A stretch of DNA of 64,000 nt from Ginglymostoma cirratum. Its lineage: Eukaryota. The position numbers and the translations under genes were made by a program. The stretch covers positions 18,984,471-19,048,470 of the forward strand of contig JAHRHZ010000035.1 of the NCBI GenBank assembly GCA_024137785.1, read 5' to 3'. How positions within the stretch are numbered: position 1 is the stretch's first letter; each line of letters starts with the position of its first letter. The notes beneath the pieces were generated by a model. It was given only the letters and a program-made list of their open reading frames with translations, had not been told where the DNA came from and ran no database searches. Shown here piece after piece: positions 1-13,340 of this stretch.

Positions 1-224
1 CTATCCTCTCCTCTATCCATCCTCTATCCGCCTCCCCCTCTCTCCCTATTTATTTCAGAACCCTCTTCCCCTCCCCCATTTCTGATGAAGGGTTTAGGCC
101 CGAAACGTCAAGTTTTCCTGCTCCTATGATGCTGCTTGACCTGCTGTGTTCATCCAGCCCCATGCTTGTTATCTCGGATTCTCCAGCATCTGCAGTACCT
201 TTTATCTCTGATACAATTTTAACC
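1..224 (+). mobile_element. Penelope-like element terminal repeat (family A), cut by the window edge
   Basis: Near-identical to the right arm of the 52056-52876 element, which carries GIY-YIG endonuclease sequence. Ends with ...cttttatctctgatacaattttaacc, the reverse complement of the left end of the 39118 element. Confidence 0.88.
78..113 (+). ncRNA. Minimal type I hammerhead ribozyme motif
   Basis: attt-CTGATGA(82-88)-a-GGGT ttag GCCC-GAAA(102-105)-c-GTC(107-109)-aagt. The core is intact and ATTT/AAGT can form a short helix I. Predicted cleavage after C109. Confidence 0.75.
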
Positions 225-2129
225 TGTGTTAAGTTTTGTATTTTGTTGTATTTTTGGTTATGTCAGTTTTACTTTATACCAATGTAAAATTTCTGTTTAA
301 GCCAAGTCTAAAAATGAAATGAGCTACCTATTTCATCTCCTTTCTTTCGAAGGTGGAGGTGAAAATTGAATAGCACACAAAAGGGAACAAAACTGGCACT
401 TTCTATTCAGCTACTGAAAGTTCTGCTGTGGTTGCTGTTAAATTGTAGTGCAAAGCAGTCTATGTTGAGTATTGTATTTTTCTTGTATAATGGTTAATTT
501 CTTTGAGCGGTGGAAATTAATCTTAGTCAGTTATTTTTTAGGGAGGGGTAACTCCATCTGTTTATTCATAAAGTAAGCAGATCTATTACCTTGGTGCGGG
601 CAAGAATGTTTAAGTAAATAATTTGTCTCCTTATGCATTTGACCCGTATTTATGAAATTCTAACACTGAACAAATTAAATGCCACAAATAAGAGAGAATC
701 TCCTATCCATTCAATGACTTTGAAACTTTCCTCATGAAACACCTAATGTTTTTAGGAAACTATCACCATTGATATTTACTGGGCCACTGGCAATTTCATC
801 CACTTTTGCATTACTGTTGGGGGTTAATGTGAATAACTCACAGAAAAGAGTCACAAGGATTGCTAATAATCCATGGTTATTTATAGAAATACAAGTAAGA
901 TGCCAGCTTCAAACGGCCTGCTGCATTACCATGATTTTTGTCTGCAGTGTTCTCTTTGCTGTTCATTAGCTTGAAATGACTAGTACTATTTAAAGCTACC
1001 TTCCTCTGCTCAACGCTGGCTTGCACTTTTAAAAGGGAAGATACACAGAGGCTGTAGAAAGTGCAAAGATAATTGGGAAAAGTGCTATGCTACAAGCCAT
1101 GATGACTGATCAGAGAAGAGAGAGTGGGCCAAATTTTCCACCAGCTGTACTGCAGTTGGAGAGAGATATACTGTATCTCTGATCCACCAGGCGCACGATC
1201 AGAACATGAGATAACAGAAAAGTTAATATCAGGATTATAGTTCTGGAAACCTGGGTGCAAGGCAGGAAGTTTAATAATCTCACACAGGTGGCCAATGAAT
1301 TTTCAAATGTCATAATATATCAAGTGTACTACTAGCCTCAATCATTGCTCAATTCATTACATTCATATCATTTATCGACTATCAATTAATCAGCACTTGT
1401 ATGCACCTCCGTAAGCGTCAACTCATCCTCACACATTTAACACTGCTTCAGGTCTCAAATCTATACCATAAAGATTGCATACATTGGCAACTGTCCAGGT
1501 AAATCAACCTAGATATTTTCCATAACATTCATTGACACACATCCTCTCTATCCCAGGAGAAGGTGGCACACAAGGCAGCAGGGACTGACTGGAATGGGAG
1601 AAATACGTGCACACATTCTAATGTTATGAAGAGATGATGCTTGCTGTTATATAGAGGACTATCGCTAAGGCTGGATCCAATTCTGTGGGTGGGGTGGGGA
1701 TGGCAGAACACAGGTGAAGAAGAGTAATTGAAGAGGAGAGTATCTGCATATTTAATCATCTTCCTCATGCTACAGTTACTTTTCAAAAGGAGATTGTGAC
1801 ACAGCGCTCCCTACCTCTGAATGATGAAGCCCAGGTTCAAGTTACATCAGCTCCAGAACTGTGTAGTTATATCTCTGAACAGGTTGATTAGAAAATATCT
1901 ACAATCTCTTCCGACTTAAAAGCTACACATCAGGTAATACATACCTCTTATTTTCTCCTTTTTAAACACATGCACATTCTTGCTTTTCCCTCTCAAACAC
2001 CTAAGAACTGCAAATTTGCCCAGATAATCAAAGAAGAGCAAGTAGATAATGAAGATAAGCCACAAAAAAAAAAAAAAAAATCCAGATGCAGTAATGGTAG
2101 TCAGAAAGGGATTGAATAGTTTAGTTTGT

Positions 2130-2960
2130 TTTCAGGCAACACAGGTGCCACCATCACAAGCATGCAAACTATTGCTCAAAAGGTGGTGATGGCTAATACA
2201 ACAGCCCAGTGCAGGCATGATAGATATAGGATTGCTGAGGAACCACACTGTCGAGTGTAACAGCAGCAGAAAGAGCAGACTACAGTAGAATGAATGTTTT
2301 GAATTCCTTTCATGATAGTGATTATTGTTACACCTCAAATATTTACATCTAGGTCAATATACAGGATTATAGCGAGAAGGTGGGAGACTAGAAGGAAGCG
2401 AGATGCTCATTTAGAAAGCTACCATTGACACAATGGGCCAAATTACCACCTACACTGCAACAATCTGATCAGTATGATGCAATTTGCCATCACACACCAG
2501 CTTCACGTTGAGAGTAGAACTTTTTTTTTAAATTTAGCTACATAGTACAGTTGACTAGAGGCATCTACTGAGCAACGTGTGTGTGGTGACACCACCCTTC
2601 AGTACAGGGATTGTAAACTCTCATGCTCACTCTCCCTGTCAGGAAGTAATGAGATGAAGGTATCAGTCTTTGATTAAAGTGCCATCCTTCATGTAACAGT
2701 GCACAGGAGACAGGTGCATGTTTAACAACCATCTCAAAAGTTGCATAGAATCAGACGCACAGAAGTTCAGTTAGTTAGCTTGACAGCTATAAGCAATGTG
2801 GTCATTGATCTGCGGAGGTTGGAGTTATGGTTATATAAGATTTCAGTTCTGGCTTCTTTAGTGAAATATAGGTATCTCAAGCATTGATTGCCATTGAAGT
2901 TCAGGTATGAGAATTGCTCCCTAAATGCCTTTACCAGGTAAGGTTTCTGGCTCAACAGAC
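2130..2960 (-). mobile_element. Degenerate PIF/Harbinger (HARBI1-like) transposase remnant
   Basis: ORF 2767-2955 reads KPY..AFREQFSYLNF...QCLRYLYFTKEA.TEI...TTLLIAVKLT, followed after a disruption by NFCAS. This resembles the Harbinger transposase N-terminus (FREQ.SYL....QCLRRLRF.KE...TALPVAVKVT.ALNFYASG). Frameshifted; the downstream (low-coordinate) boundary is uncertain. Confidence 0.6.
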
Positions 2961-4653
2961 CTTCTTCCCTCTTTCAGGAATGTACACTACTCTGTCTGAC
3001 CTCTGCATATCCTTATTATGCTCACTGCCATGTCTCAGAGTAACTGGTCAGTGCTTAAATCTTTAAAAGGCAGCAAAAACTTACAACTCTTTCACCACTC
3101 CTGGTGGACTACAGAAGCAATGAACTGTAGAAAGCACCCACAAATGTGTAAAACTACAAAAATTAACCTGAAAGTGGTTGGTGAGCTCTGGGTGAGGAAA
3201 GTGATGAGCATATCATGAGTACTTATGAATAACAGATCATGCTTCATTGTCCCATTTGACAATACAAATGAATTTTAATTTTTAAGTCTTAGTTTCAATT
3301 TTAAGTGGAAAGTTTAGTTTCTCTCTTTGCTTGTTAGCTAAAGAACTAGTTCACAAAAATCAGGTTAGTTTGATCATACTCTGGAATTTAAAATAAGTTG
3401 GGACACTCCCACATGGCTGAGCTCTTCCCAGCCAGGACATGAACAAGGTTAAGGATGTCTTTGACCTTATGAAGTTTCCTTCTACAACTAAAATGTTTTA
3501 AAAGGGTCTTGTCTGTTATAGCTGGGAGGATGCTAGAACTACATCTGTCAGCATAAACTTCCAATGTTAAATTGGACACTATGTACACAATGTCAATTGT
3601 GTCACAGCTTTTTAAATGCCAGTTAGTTTTTATAAAATTACATTTCACAATGTAAAACCTCTAACTGTGAACAATTAGTGAACTGAGCCCCAAAGACAAT
3701 TATATATTCAGGGCCTCCATGTTCTTTGTAATTTACATTTTATAACTCAAAACTTTCAATCAAACTTGGGAGAGATTTGAAATAATTCTAACATTTCAAA
3801 CTTCCAGAATCCACACTAAAGAGTGATTATAAACCATAAGACCTAGGCATTTCTAAATAGATATACAGAGTATAAAAACAGGCAAGTTATGTTGAACGTT
3901 TATAAAACTCTGGTTAGCCACATCTAGTTCTGGTTGCCAAATTTTACAGTACTTTTGAGCTTAATCGTACAACTTTTCACATGCACTAAACAACAGATTA
4001 AAAAAAAAACCGATTTCGGGGACAGAATGAGTGTCTAGTTTTTCAAAAATTGTTTGTAGTGGTGCCCAAATTACAGAGTTGGTTGAAAGAAAACTTACTG
4101 CATAGCTTTAAAAAAATTCCTGCAATTTTATTGTGCCCCTCAGGCAGGTCAAAGCTTGAGACAAGTTAACCTGATAGCATTACACTAAGTTTACTTGTAT
4201 TACTCTAGCAACTGTACACCAGAAGTATTTCATTGACTCACTCTGGGACCTCCTAAGGTTTTGTGTTATTCAGAAAGGCCTTTTTTTGAAAGTGTGGGTG
4301 CACCAAATCTGGTAGTGTCAGAACTTGTTTTCCTACATATTTCTCATGCATTAAATTAGATCAATAAAGTAGGCAAATTTTACAACTGTAGCCTCAAACT
4401 CAAGTACCACTCAAAAAATTAAAAAAAACACAACTCAAATCAATGCTGCCAGTAAACTATGGTTTTCAAATGAAAAATGTTAGTGTTGGTAGATATTTTA
4501 TTTTAAGCCATGTATTTTGAATCATTATTAGCATAGCTAGAATTTTATTTTGCAAGGTTATTATTATTCAAACTTGTTAAAACATGAATTACAAAAAAAC
4601 TTAGGAAATTAGGATTTTTGGCTAAGTCAGCATGACTATGACGGCAAACTGTT

Positions 4654-4786
4654 TCAGAGATAGTAGGAACTGCAGATGCTGGAGAATCTGAGATAACAAG
4701 GTGTAGAGCTGGATGAACACAGCAGGCCAAGCAGCATCAGAGGAGCAGGAAAGCTGACGTTTCGGGCCTAGACCCTTCTTCAGAAA
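4654..4786 (-). mobile_element. Solo Penelope-like terminal repeat (family B) with hammerhead core at 4756-4783 (minus strand)
   Basis: Identical by eye over ~130 bp to 50760-50891. The minus strand reads CTGAAGA-a-GGGT ctag GCCC-GAAACGTC. Confidence 0.85.
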
Positions 4787-4824
4787 TCTGAAGAGTTTTC
4801 TGAAGTGAATAAGACAGATAAGGG

Positions 4825-5130
4825 AAAAAGAAATACCTTGTATTTCTACAAACTTCTCAGGACATCCCAAAGCACTTTACAGCCAATGAAGCATTTTTGA
4901 AGTAATCATGATAGTGATGTTCAAAATGTGACAGCCAAATTGAGCACGATGAGCTCCCACCAACAACGACTTTGTAAGTATCAGATAATATTAGTAATGT
5001 TGCTTGAAGAGTGGGTATTGGCTAGGCTGTGAAGTAGGGAAAACTCCTTTGGAATATTGCTGTGGAATCTTTTCCATCAGTACTGCAATGCAGTATCTGG
5101 TGCACAAATCTCAAGGTGACCCAAAAAATC
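4825..5130 (-). mobile_element. Old DeuSINE-type (SacSINE1-like) SINE fragment
   Basis: Contains caggacatcccaaagcactttacagccaatgaag...gagctcccac, which is reverse-complementary to the 3' half of the copy at 11360-11790. Confidence 0.6.
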
Positions 5131-6393
5131 TTGGCTCAGGTGAAGGTCCTACCACTCTCACTATCAATAATGATATACATCAAAAAACAATTGAAGATCA
5201 ATGATGGGAAGGACTTCTTGCCTCTACAATTTAAAAGCAGCTATTGCAAAGGTTTCAGGAGCTGAATGGAAAGTGCCAGTTTTGTTCCCTCAAATGTCCT
5301 CCATTTTCAGCTTCACCTTCCAATGAAGGGGGGTGAAATGGACAGTTCATATTATTTTCCCAAGTAAACTATTTCATGTTTAGACTTGGTTTAACCAGAA
5401 ATGTTGCATTGATAGAAACTAAAACTAATAAATATGAATTATCTCAGTTGTCAATTCAACAATGGAGCTCTCAAAATTTTTGGCGCGATATTTATTGATG
5501 TAAGTTTTGCTGCAAGAGTTTCATTAAGTAATTCCATATTGCTGGTGCTGGGTATAGGCTGCCAAAGAGAACAGATTTTACTTCAGACTGATAAATCATC
5601 CCGCCACCACCAGATAATTTTAAATAATGTACTTCACCACATATTGAACAAGTAATATAATGCATCCAGAAGGGTGAACAGAAACTTTTGAAAAGCTATG
5701 ATGCAAATATCAGAATTTTACTTCATTCACTTTTATGAGAATTTAAAATGTTCAGTTTTTAAATATTTAAATAATGAGTAAAATGATTAATGCATCAAGA
5801 ATAAACAATTTTAAAATGCAACTTACAAATGTAGATGCATGCTAATTTTCAATGTTGAACTTCTTCTAATTTAAAACCCACAGATTGATTACACTCAAAA
5901 GAGCTTATTGCTATGGATAAAAATATCAATATTTCAAAATATGAAAATGGCTGGGCTAGTGAATAAGTTTATATTAATCCTTTGGTCTGCTTAATTATGC
6001 ACTGTTTCCTGCTCTGTAAAGTTGGATTAATGTTTCTGCTGTTACTTGCCTAGTTCAGTTGTCGTTAAACTACATGAGGGACCCCAAACAACTTTCAGTT
6101 CAGTCTAGATTGGCTGAATTTCTGTTTGTAATGCTAACAAAGGCCAATGGAAAAGAAACAGCATTGATTTATATTTTTGTTCACTTTTCTTTTGACACAG
6201 TAAACTTAACATTTCTCATGGAACCTTAATCTCAGACAGACTATGAACACAATATGCTGAAGCTCTGTAATGAAGGTGTGATGTATCTGATTATCAACTG
6301 TAGGGAAAAACTAAACACAATAGTGAGATCCAAGATATAGATGAAGATCTTACATTATTGTTCAAGTGCAAAATGATATCAGAAACTAAATAT

Positions 6394-6725
6394 TAGAATC
6401 ATAGAATCCCTCCAGGGTGGAAGCAGGCCATTCAGCTCATCAAATCCACACCGGCCCTCCAAAGAGCATCCTACCCAAACTCACACTCCTACCCTAGCCC
6501 TGTAACACTGCATTTCCCATGCTAACCCATGGCTGGCTGCTATGGGCAATTTAGCATGGCCAAATCACCCAACCTGCACATCTTTGGACTGTGGGAGGAA
6601 ACCCAATCACCCAGAGGAAACTGACGCAGACTCGGGGAGAATGTGCAAATGCCACATTCAAGTTAGCCAAAGTGGAATCAAACCTGGGTCCCTGGGGCTG
6701 TGAGGCAGCAGTGCACTGAGCCATC
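6394..6725 (-). mobile_element. HE1-type V-SINE (tRNA-derived head, CR1-derived tail)
   Basis: On the minus strand: a tRNA-like head with a B box (ccaggtttgattcc), a V-domain (tttgcacattctccccgagtctgcgtcagtttcc) and a CR1-like tail ending in ttctatgattcta repeats. Confidence 0.85.
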
Positions 6726-6849
6726 CTAAATATATTCCTTACTGGTTCAACATGTATAATTCAAAAACTGTTAAGACAGTTAATGAAACAATATAAGCAT
6801 AAAAGCCTCTTACGTTGATCCAAAATTATTGGTGTATTTCAATAGAACA

Positions 6850-9500
6850 CTGAAGCTTCCGAATGACTCTGACTGTAACTTGGTGGAAACCAATTGATAG
6901 CAGTAAGAAATGAGCTGAGAACTGGAATTCAGCATGTGTCCAAAAGTGGACATGCAGCTCATGGTCTTCAGCTCAATCTGCGCATTGTATTTTACAGATG
7001 TATACTGATAACTGAAGTATGTGAACAAACTAACAAAAGTCTGAATTTGTATTGGCAAACCAGATTTACTGTTGCAAATAATGATCCAATGAAGAAACGT
7101 TCTGCCTGCGTTAGATGCCAAAGATGCATTCTGGTAAGTCCAGATGGGCAAAGATATAAATTTGTTGGCAACAATCAATGCTTCATTTGAAGGTAGTGGC
7201 CAAGGTGCACATTGGTTTCTGAGAAATAAATGCACAAAATGCAATGAGACAAATAACAAAACAGTGATTATTCAGGAAATTGGGAATAAAGATGGAAAAC
7301 ACATAGGAGATTAGGTGGCTTGTGGAGACATAAAATGTGTTTGCTCAAGGGTCATGGAGAATGTTTTTGCTCAAGGGTTATAGATCTGAAACAACCTAAC
7401 CCTTTTACTTTATCTGATGTTATCACAGTGACATTTTGGTGAACAAATAATATGCTAATCTTATGATTATCTTAGAGGGCATAGCAGGATTCATTGTAGT
7501 CTGCTTGAGGCATCAAGTGAAAGCAGCTTGAAAATAATGATATGGGCCACATTACGTATTAAGCTGAAGGCACATGAGAAAGCTAAAGTTTCTTTGTAGA
7601 TGCTGAAACCAATTTGCCTCCATCATTCAAGCAATGTCTGATGTGCTGAAATGTCTTTCAAAGATTTTCCTATATTTAATGCCTGTAACTGGACCATTGA
7701 CATGTATGAAAGTATGGATTAGAAATGGATATGTAACCACTATCAGTTTGTAACAAAAGACAAAAAGAGAAGTACAGAATATTCAGTTTGTGGAATGCTG
7801 ATTTGAAGAAGAAAATCCCTTTATACTATACTGTGGTGCATTGGAATCAGATCTTGGTACAATGATCATCGCAAAAGGATGGCCAGAAAGATACACCCCA
7901 AATTTTACCAGGAGTGAATAATGTACAAGGTGAGATGGAGATGCTTGTCAGGATATATGATTGTAAGAAGTATTAGAAGTATGTCTATAGAAATAACTTT
8001 TTGATAGGGATTGAATATAAGTTATTTGGAGGTGGAATAAGGAATCACTTATTTCAACATCCAAATGATGAAGAATATTTGCAGAAACACGCATTGAAAT
8101 TACAGTACAAATAAGGAACATAAGTGTGCATTGCTGATACATTCAGGAGAGAGTAATTACCTAGACAAATAAAAAATGATGATCATAAAGTGCTCCTGAA
8201 AATAAATGAAGAGATCAGAAACATTAATATATACTATCTCCTATGTTGGAACTGTGACTCACTGGAATCTAGCTGAAAATTTAAACACTATAAAATGTAA
8301 CATGTAAATTTAAATATGTGACCAAAAATAATGCCATTTATACTGTGATAAGATGTGACAATTTTCAGCCTGACCAGTAGAATCAAAGGAGACTTTGGTC
8401 AAAGGAAATTGAGTTTCTTAGAGAGAAGTGGATGATATGCTCTGGCCATTTTGGAATTACAGAATACCTGTACAATGCCAGATACTTGTCATATGCCAGT
8501 GCAGCGTGAATGCTGAAATTAAGTCTACATTCATCAATGTAGCATTTTAATACATAATTCACAGACTGAGGACATTTTGTATCTCACAATCTTCCTGACA
8601 GGTTGTAGACAAAGGAAGTTGTATATAAATTCAGGGTAAATGGAAAAAAGAAGTCATTGCATTAAACTATTCAAAGTTAACTTCAAGTTAACTTCAATAA
8701 ATCGCTAGGATGTGTTATTGCAAGACTAAAATCATATTTAATTCTTGTGGCATACCAAATAAAGTTTAGCCCATTTATTTAACTAAAGTACAGTACTTGT
8801 TGAAATAGTACACAGAGAAATTTGATGTAAACAAGTTAACCAATGCGTTAACATAATGCACAGAGCAATTTTGGTCCTATTGTATGAAATGGCAATGCAT
8901 TTTTGATCTCAAGATTGGAGTTAAAATGAAAAGATTGGGGCTTTATCCATATAACCAATATTTAAAATCAGACACAGTCTGATGGTAGAATGGAGAATGC
9001 AGTTAAAATAATGGAAAAGATTGATGAGGAAAGCTAAGGCGGATCAAGGTCCTTGCTATCCCTAATTGACTGGAGAAACACTGTAACTGAAGGATTTGGC
9101 TCTTCTCCAGTGCAAATACTGGTGGAACAAAGAACCAAAATGTTATTTCCTTTTCAAAACCAAGGATTATGGAAGGTGTTTGTGAAAGCTAGAAAAAGGA
9201 TGAGAAGGGATAATCATACTATTACAAAAGAGGAATGGAACAGTAATTGAAGTTAAATGAAGAAAATGCAACCATGATCAAACTGATAGCAACAATCATT
9301 AGAAAAGGCAGCAGGGCAACTGGTAGGTTATTCCTAGACCTATAAAGTGAAGCGTGTAGGGAAACAGTGTCAACATAATTGCAGGGAACTTGTGAAACAA
9401 AAGAATTTTCTGATTAATGTACAAGATGCTAGCTGGATCAGGATACTTACAGAAGCAAAGCAGACATTGAATTACCAACTGCTGCTACTGACAGCTAATT
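6850..9500 (+). mobile_element. Highly decayed Ty3/Gypsy LTR-retrotransposon internal region
   Basis: Fragments in the expected order: zinc-knuckle-like KCTKCNETNN (7228-7257), IIAKGWP (~7865), integrase QSDGRMENAVKIM (8975 onward) and LSLIDWRNTVTEGFGSSPVQILVEQRTKMLFP (ORF 9053), compare LALLDWRNTP..G.GSSPAQ.LMGRRT.TLLP. No LTRs recognised; boundaries approximate. Confidence 0.65.
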
Positions 9501-11359
9501 CAGACATGATACAGCAACAGACCCAGGGCTCTTGTGGAGTAGTGGTTGTATTCCTACCTCTAGGCCAGAAGGTCTGGTTCCATTTTGACCTGCTCCAGAC
9601 GTATGGTATATCATAACGTATCAGAAAAGGTTGATTAAAACAAATAACTACAGAGAAGTGTCTGTTCTGAAGGACGTTCACTGGACTGGAACCGTTAACT
9701 CTTGTTTCTCTCTCCACGGATGCTGATTTCCAGCATTAGCAGTTGTTTGTTTCATTTTCTGTTATTATTAGAGAGAAAAGTTGACTGTCTCAGAGCCTGC
9801 AGTCGGCAAATCCCAACAGAGACCATTAAGAGGTCGTTCACTTGAACTTATGTTGAAGTGGAGAAATGTAACTAAAATTCGATTAGTTTTAATGTTAGTA
9901 TGTTGAAATTTCCAGCTGATTTTTAAAGAGCTGTAATATATCTTGACCAATACAGAGATTAGACCTAGACCATAAATTTTCATATTGTTATCACTGCAGT
10001 TCCAGTGATCACCATAAATCATAGGTAAACATACAACTGGATTGAGCCAATTATCTCGATATTATGGAATTGCTTTGTGACTCCTAAATAAAATTTCAGG
10101 TGGAAAATAAACTACTGAATATGCGGTAAGCGGGCGGTATTGCTACAATTATCACCATAGTTATTCAACAGTCATTTAATAGTGTGTTTGGACATGTTTT
10201 ATACAGCATTTAAACACTGTAATACGAAGTACTCCAACACAGGTTCACGATGGACTCAGATGATCCAGTGAATAAATTGTGCTTTTCAGCATTTCAATGC
10301 ACTGATAACAAGAAAACTTTGCTGAAGAACTAGGAGCAATTCCCACCGTTTTGTATCGAATAATGCGTTGCGCATCTATGACCAATCTCAAGAGTACAAC
10401 TTGTACCGTAAACACACACGTAGTTCAGGCTTTGTTGCATTGCATCGCCAATGCATTCATTGGATGAAGAATGTACTGATTTCACAGAACAGTCCTTTCA
10501 ATTGGGATTGCTGTACGTCTTCAGATAGCCACACTGCTTCACGTTACTTTCTGGATGAAGCCATGACACTTTCAAATCAATCCGTCCAGCACATCTAAAG
10601 TTCAAACAACCCACAATCAAACTGGGTTTTGACTTGTCGCCAATGGTAAATAAATGCCTTGTTCGAGTCGACCCCATCCTATTTCGAAAGCGAATAGTCT
10701 CGTTTTATTTTACACTGCTGCCTCGTAGCTGGTGGTGCAATAGATCTCTGTCTAGAAATTCCGCCCGAACTGCACTGGAACAAACATGCACAATTGAAAA
10801 TCCTACGGTATATTAGAAACATTGAAGGGCAACAGAGCAAGCAGAGAAGCTTCTCTGGAATGAGATTGCAGATCAGTGTTAGTTGGCGTGTGGTCTGTGT
10901 TCCCTTCCTAGGTGTCTTTTCTAACATGGATACATTACAGCTTATTCTAAAAGAACCTTAGCTTCAGGATAGCCTCCTAAATGATTATAACTGATTTCAC
11001 ACTTCTGGGCTAACTGAAATCAGGATCCGCACATATGGAACGAAACCGTGTCTATGGATAATAGTACATGTGTTTACATAGAAGTTAAGCGTTCGTTTAA
11101 GGGAAGTCCCTACGCCTTCTTAACCTGGAGATTTTAACCCCCAAACTGGGGTGGTGTTCATCAAGTCATCAGCACCTTCCGAGTGTCCATTACGCATTCA
11201 TGAGTTTGCCAATAAACACTATGTCATTGTACTGTGCATCAGAATTGGGGCAAAAGCCAATCTGCCTGCCGTATACCGACCCTGACCGAATTCATCTCAA
11301 AAAGGGGCACCAAAGTTGTCTTGTAGTAACCCCCACTGCCCAGACTGACTGCAGTGTGC

Positions 11360-11790
11360 GTGCCAGTCCGCGGTTCCGCTGGTAACACACTGTTCAAGAG
11401 GGTGTCACTTCAAGTGGGACGCCAGGAATGCGAGCACTGAAGTTAACACCGATATTACACTGAGGGGCGCCGCACTGGTGCAAATAACATTCTTTTTACA
11501 AGATGTTAAACTGAGGCTTCACTTGCCCTCTCCTGTGGCTGTGAAAGATCCCGTGTCAGTCTTAAAAAAAACACAAGGGCAAGGTCTCCGCGGGGCCAAT
11601 CATTAACATCACAAAAAAAAATCTGGGTATCTGGCCTCACTAGTTTGCTATTTGTGGGAGCTTGCTGTCCCCAAAATGGCTGCCGGCCCCAACATTTCAG
11701 TAGCGACTGCTCTTAAAAAGGTACTACATTCTCAGTTCTGCGAAACGTCCTTCAGACGTGAAAGGCGCTACGTGAATGCAAGGTATTCGT
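11360..11790 (+). mobile_element. DeuSINE (SacSINE1/AmnSINE1-like), near full length, diverged
   Basis: Deu-domain-like segments agatgttaaactgaggc...tgtgaaagatccc and tgctatttgtgggagcttgctgt...aaaatggctgcc, plus a 3' end gtgaaaggcgctac..aatgcaag. Confidence 0.7.
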
Positions 11791-12714
11791 TCAAATAACA
11801 GGAGGCATGGCGGACGACTGGGGTAGCTAGGACCTTGCCCCTCTCTGTGAATTAACCGCTCGCACAAATTAAACGGTAGGGCCATTGGAGTTTTTGCCTA
11901 TTTGGCCACCAGATTCCCTTTAAGCACGGTAGATAGTATTCCACTACAAAAGGTTATAGTTCAGTCAGAATTGGCAGTCAAGCAGAGAAACTGGTACATT
12001 CACCCAGTCCTCCAACCAAAGTTCTCCGTTAGTGGAGAGGGAGAAATGGTTGATGGTTTTAAATAAGTTTCGTGCGTTAATCATTTTCTCCATTTTCCGC
12101 AGAGCAACAGACTCACCCTCGCTGCTGGAGAGATCTGACCAGTCAGTCCGTTTCCTTGCCATTCTCCTTATGACGGGCTAAGGCCGGGGAACTGCAAACT
12201 GTTGACTGCTGGGGGAGAGTTGTGAGCTATTTAGTTCAGGAAGGGTCTCTGTCGAGCACTCTAAGTACCTGGCTCTTTGACTCTGCTGCTGTCAGTTACA
12301 CCCACAGTCCCAAGACATTAGCTTCATGTCAATTTCAGTCTCCGACATGTCCAAGCCTCCCTAAGAAAACACCTTTCCCCAAATCAACTCGAAATATGTC
12401 AATAGTGAAATTTTGAATTGATTTTTTTCCGACCTTGAAAAGTGGATGATTAATATGAATTGTACTTTACAGAGATGGAAAGGCTTTGGGAGGGAAGGTG
12501 GGTTGGTGGAATCCAACTGAACGGGAAATTAGCACCGTTTACAGAGACCATGTCTACAGAATTACTTTGGTCATTTCTTTTTCTTAAATGGGAACCTCTT
12601 ATTGCACGAAACGTGAAAGTGCCCACTGAAGACGCGCTGGCCTCATCCTTACTGTTACCAAATATCCAAGTGTAGGATGCAAGGAAGTGTGGCTGGACAT
12701 GTCAGATGTGCTAC

Positions 12715-13340
12715 AAGAGAGCACACAGAGAGCACATAGCTCGAAGTTCGTACACACACGTGGATACATATACAGCTACGCACAGAAGTACACACAGTTA
12801 CATACATGTACGCGTACACACACACGAGGCTACACACAGCCACCCACATACGCAGTTATACACAGGCAAAACTTCACACAGAACCACATCTACAGCTACA
12901 CTCAAGAGCTACACATGGCCACACACACCGAATATCAGACACACAAATCTATTTATATACAGCTACACGTACGACTATAGACACACATATCCACACAAGC
13001 ACACAAATCTACACACACACAGCTACACACGTTAACAACGTTACAGACACGCAAATTTACGCACTGCCACACACAGATAGCAACAGGCGCACAAATCTAC
13101 ATATATACAATTACACACACAGCTACAAGCACAAATCTACACTCATACAGCTACACAGAGACCTACACACACGAAGCTACAAACAGCTACACACACACCC
13201 ATACACACAGATACCCGCACACACACAACCACACATATCCATACATACACCCACACCCATACACACACACACACCCATACACACACGCACAAACCCATTC
13301 ACACACACACACGCAAACACGCACACAGCGCCAACACACC
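12715..13340. repeat. CA-rich degenerate tandem repeat / low-complexity tract
   Basis: Recurrent acagctacacac and cacaaatctac units decaying into (CA)n. Explains the H/T-rich spurious ORFs. Confidence 0.9.

Noticed and set aside
9525-9640. tRNA-like sequence (similar pieces at ~1800-1900 and the SINE head at ~6670-6725)
   Set aside because: A/B-box-like traces only, with no cloverleaf. These are decayed SINE heads rather than tRNA genes.
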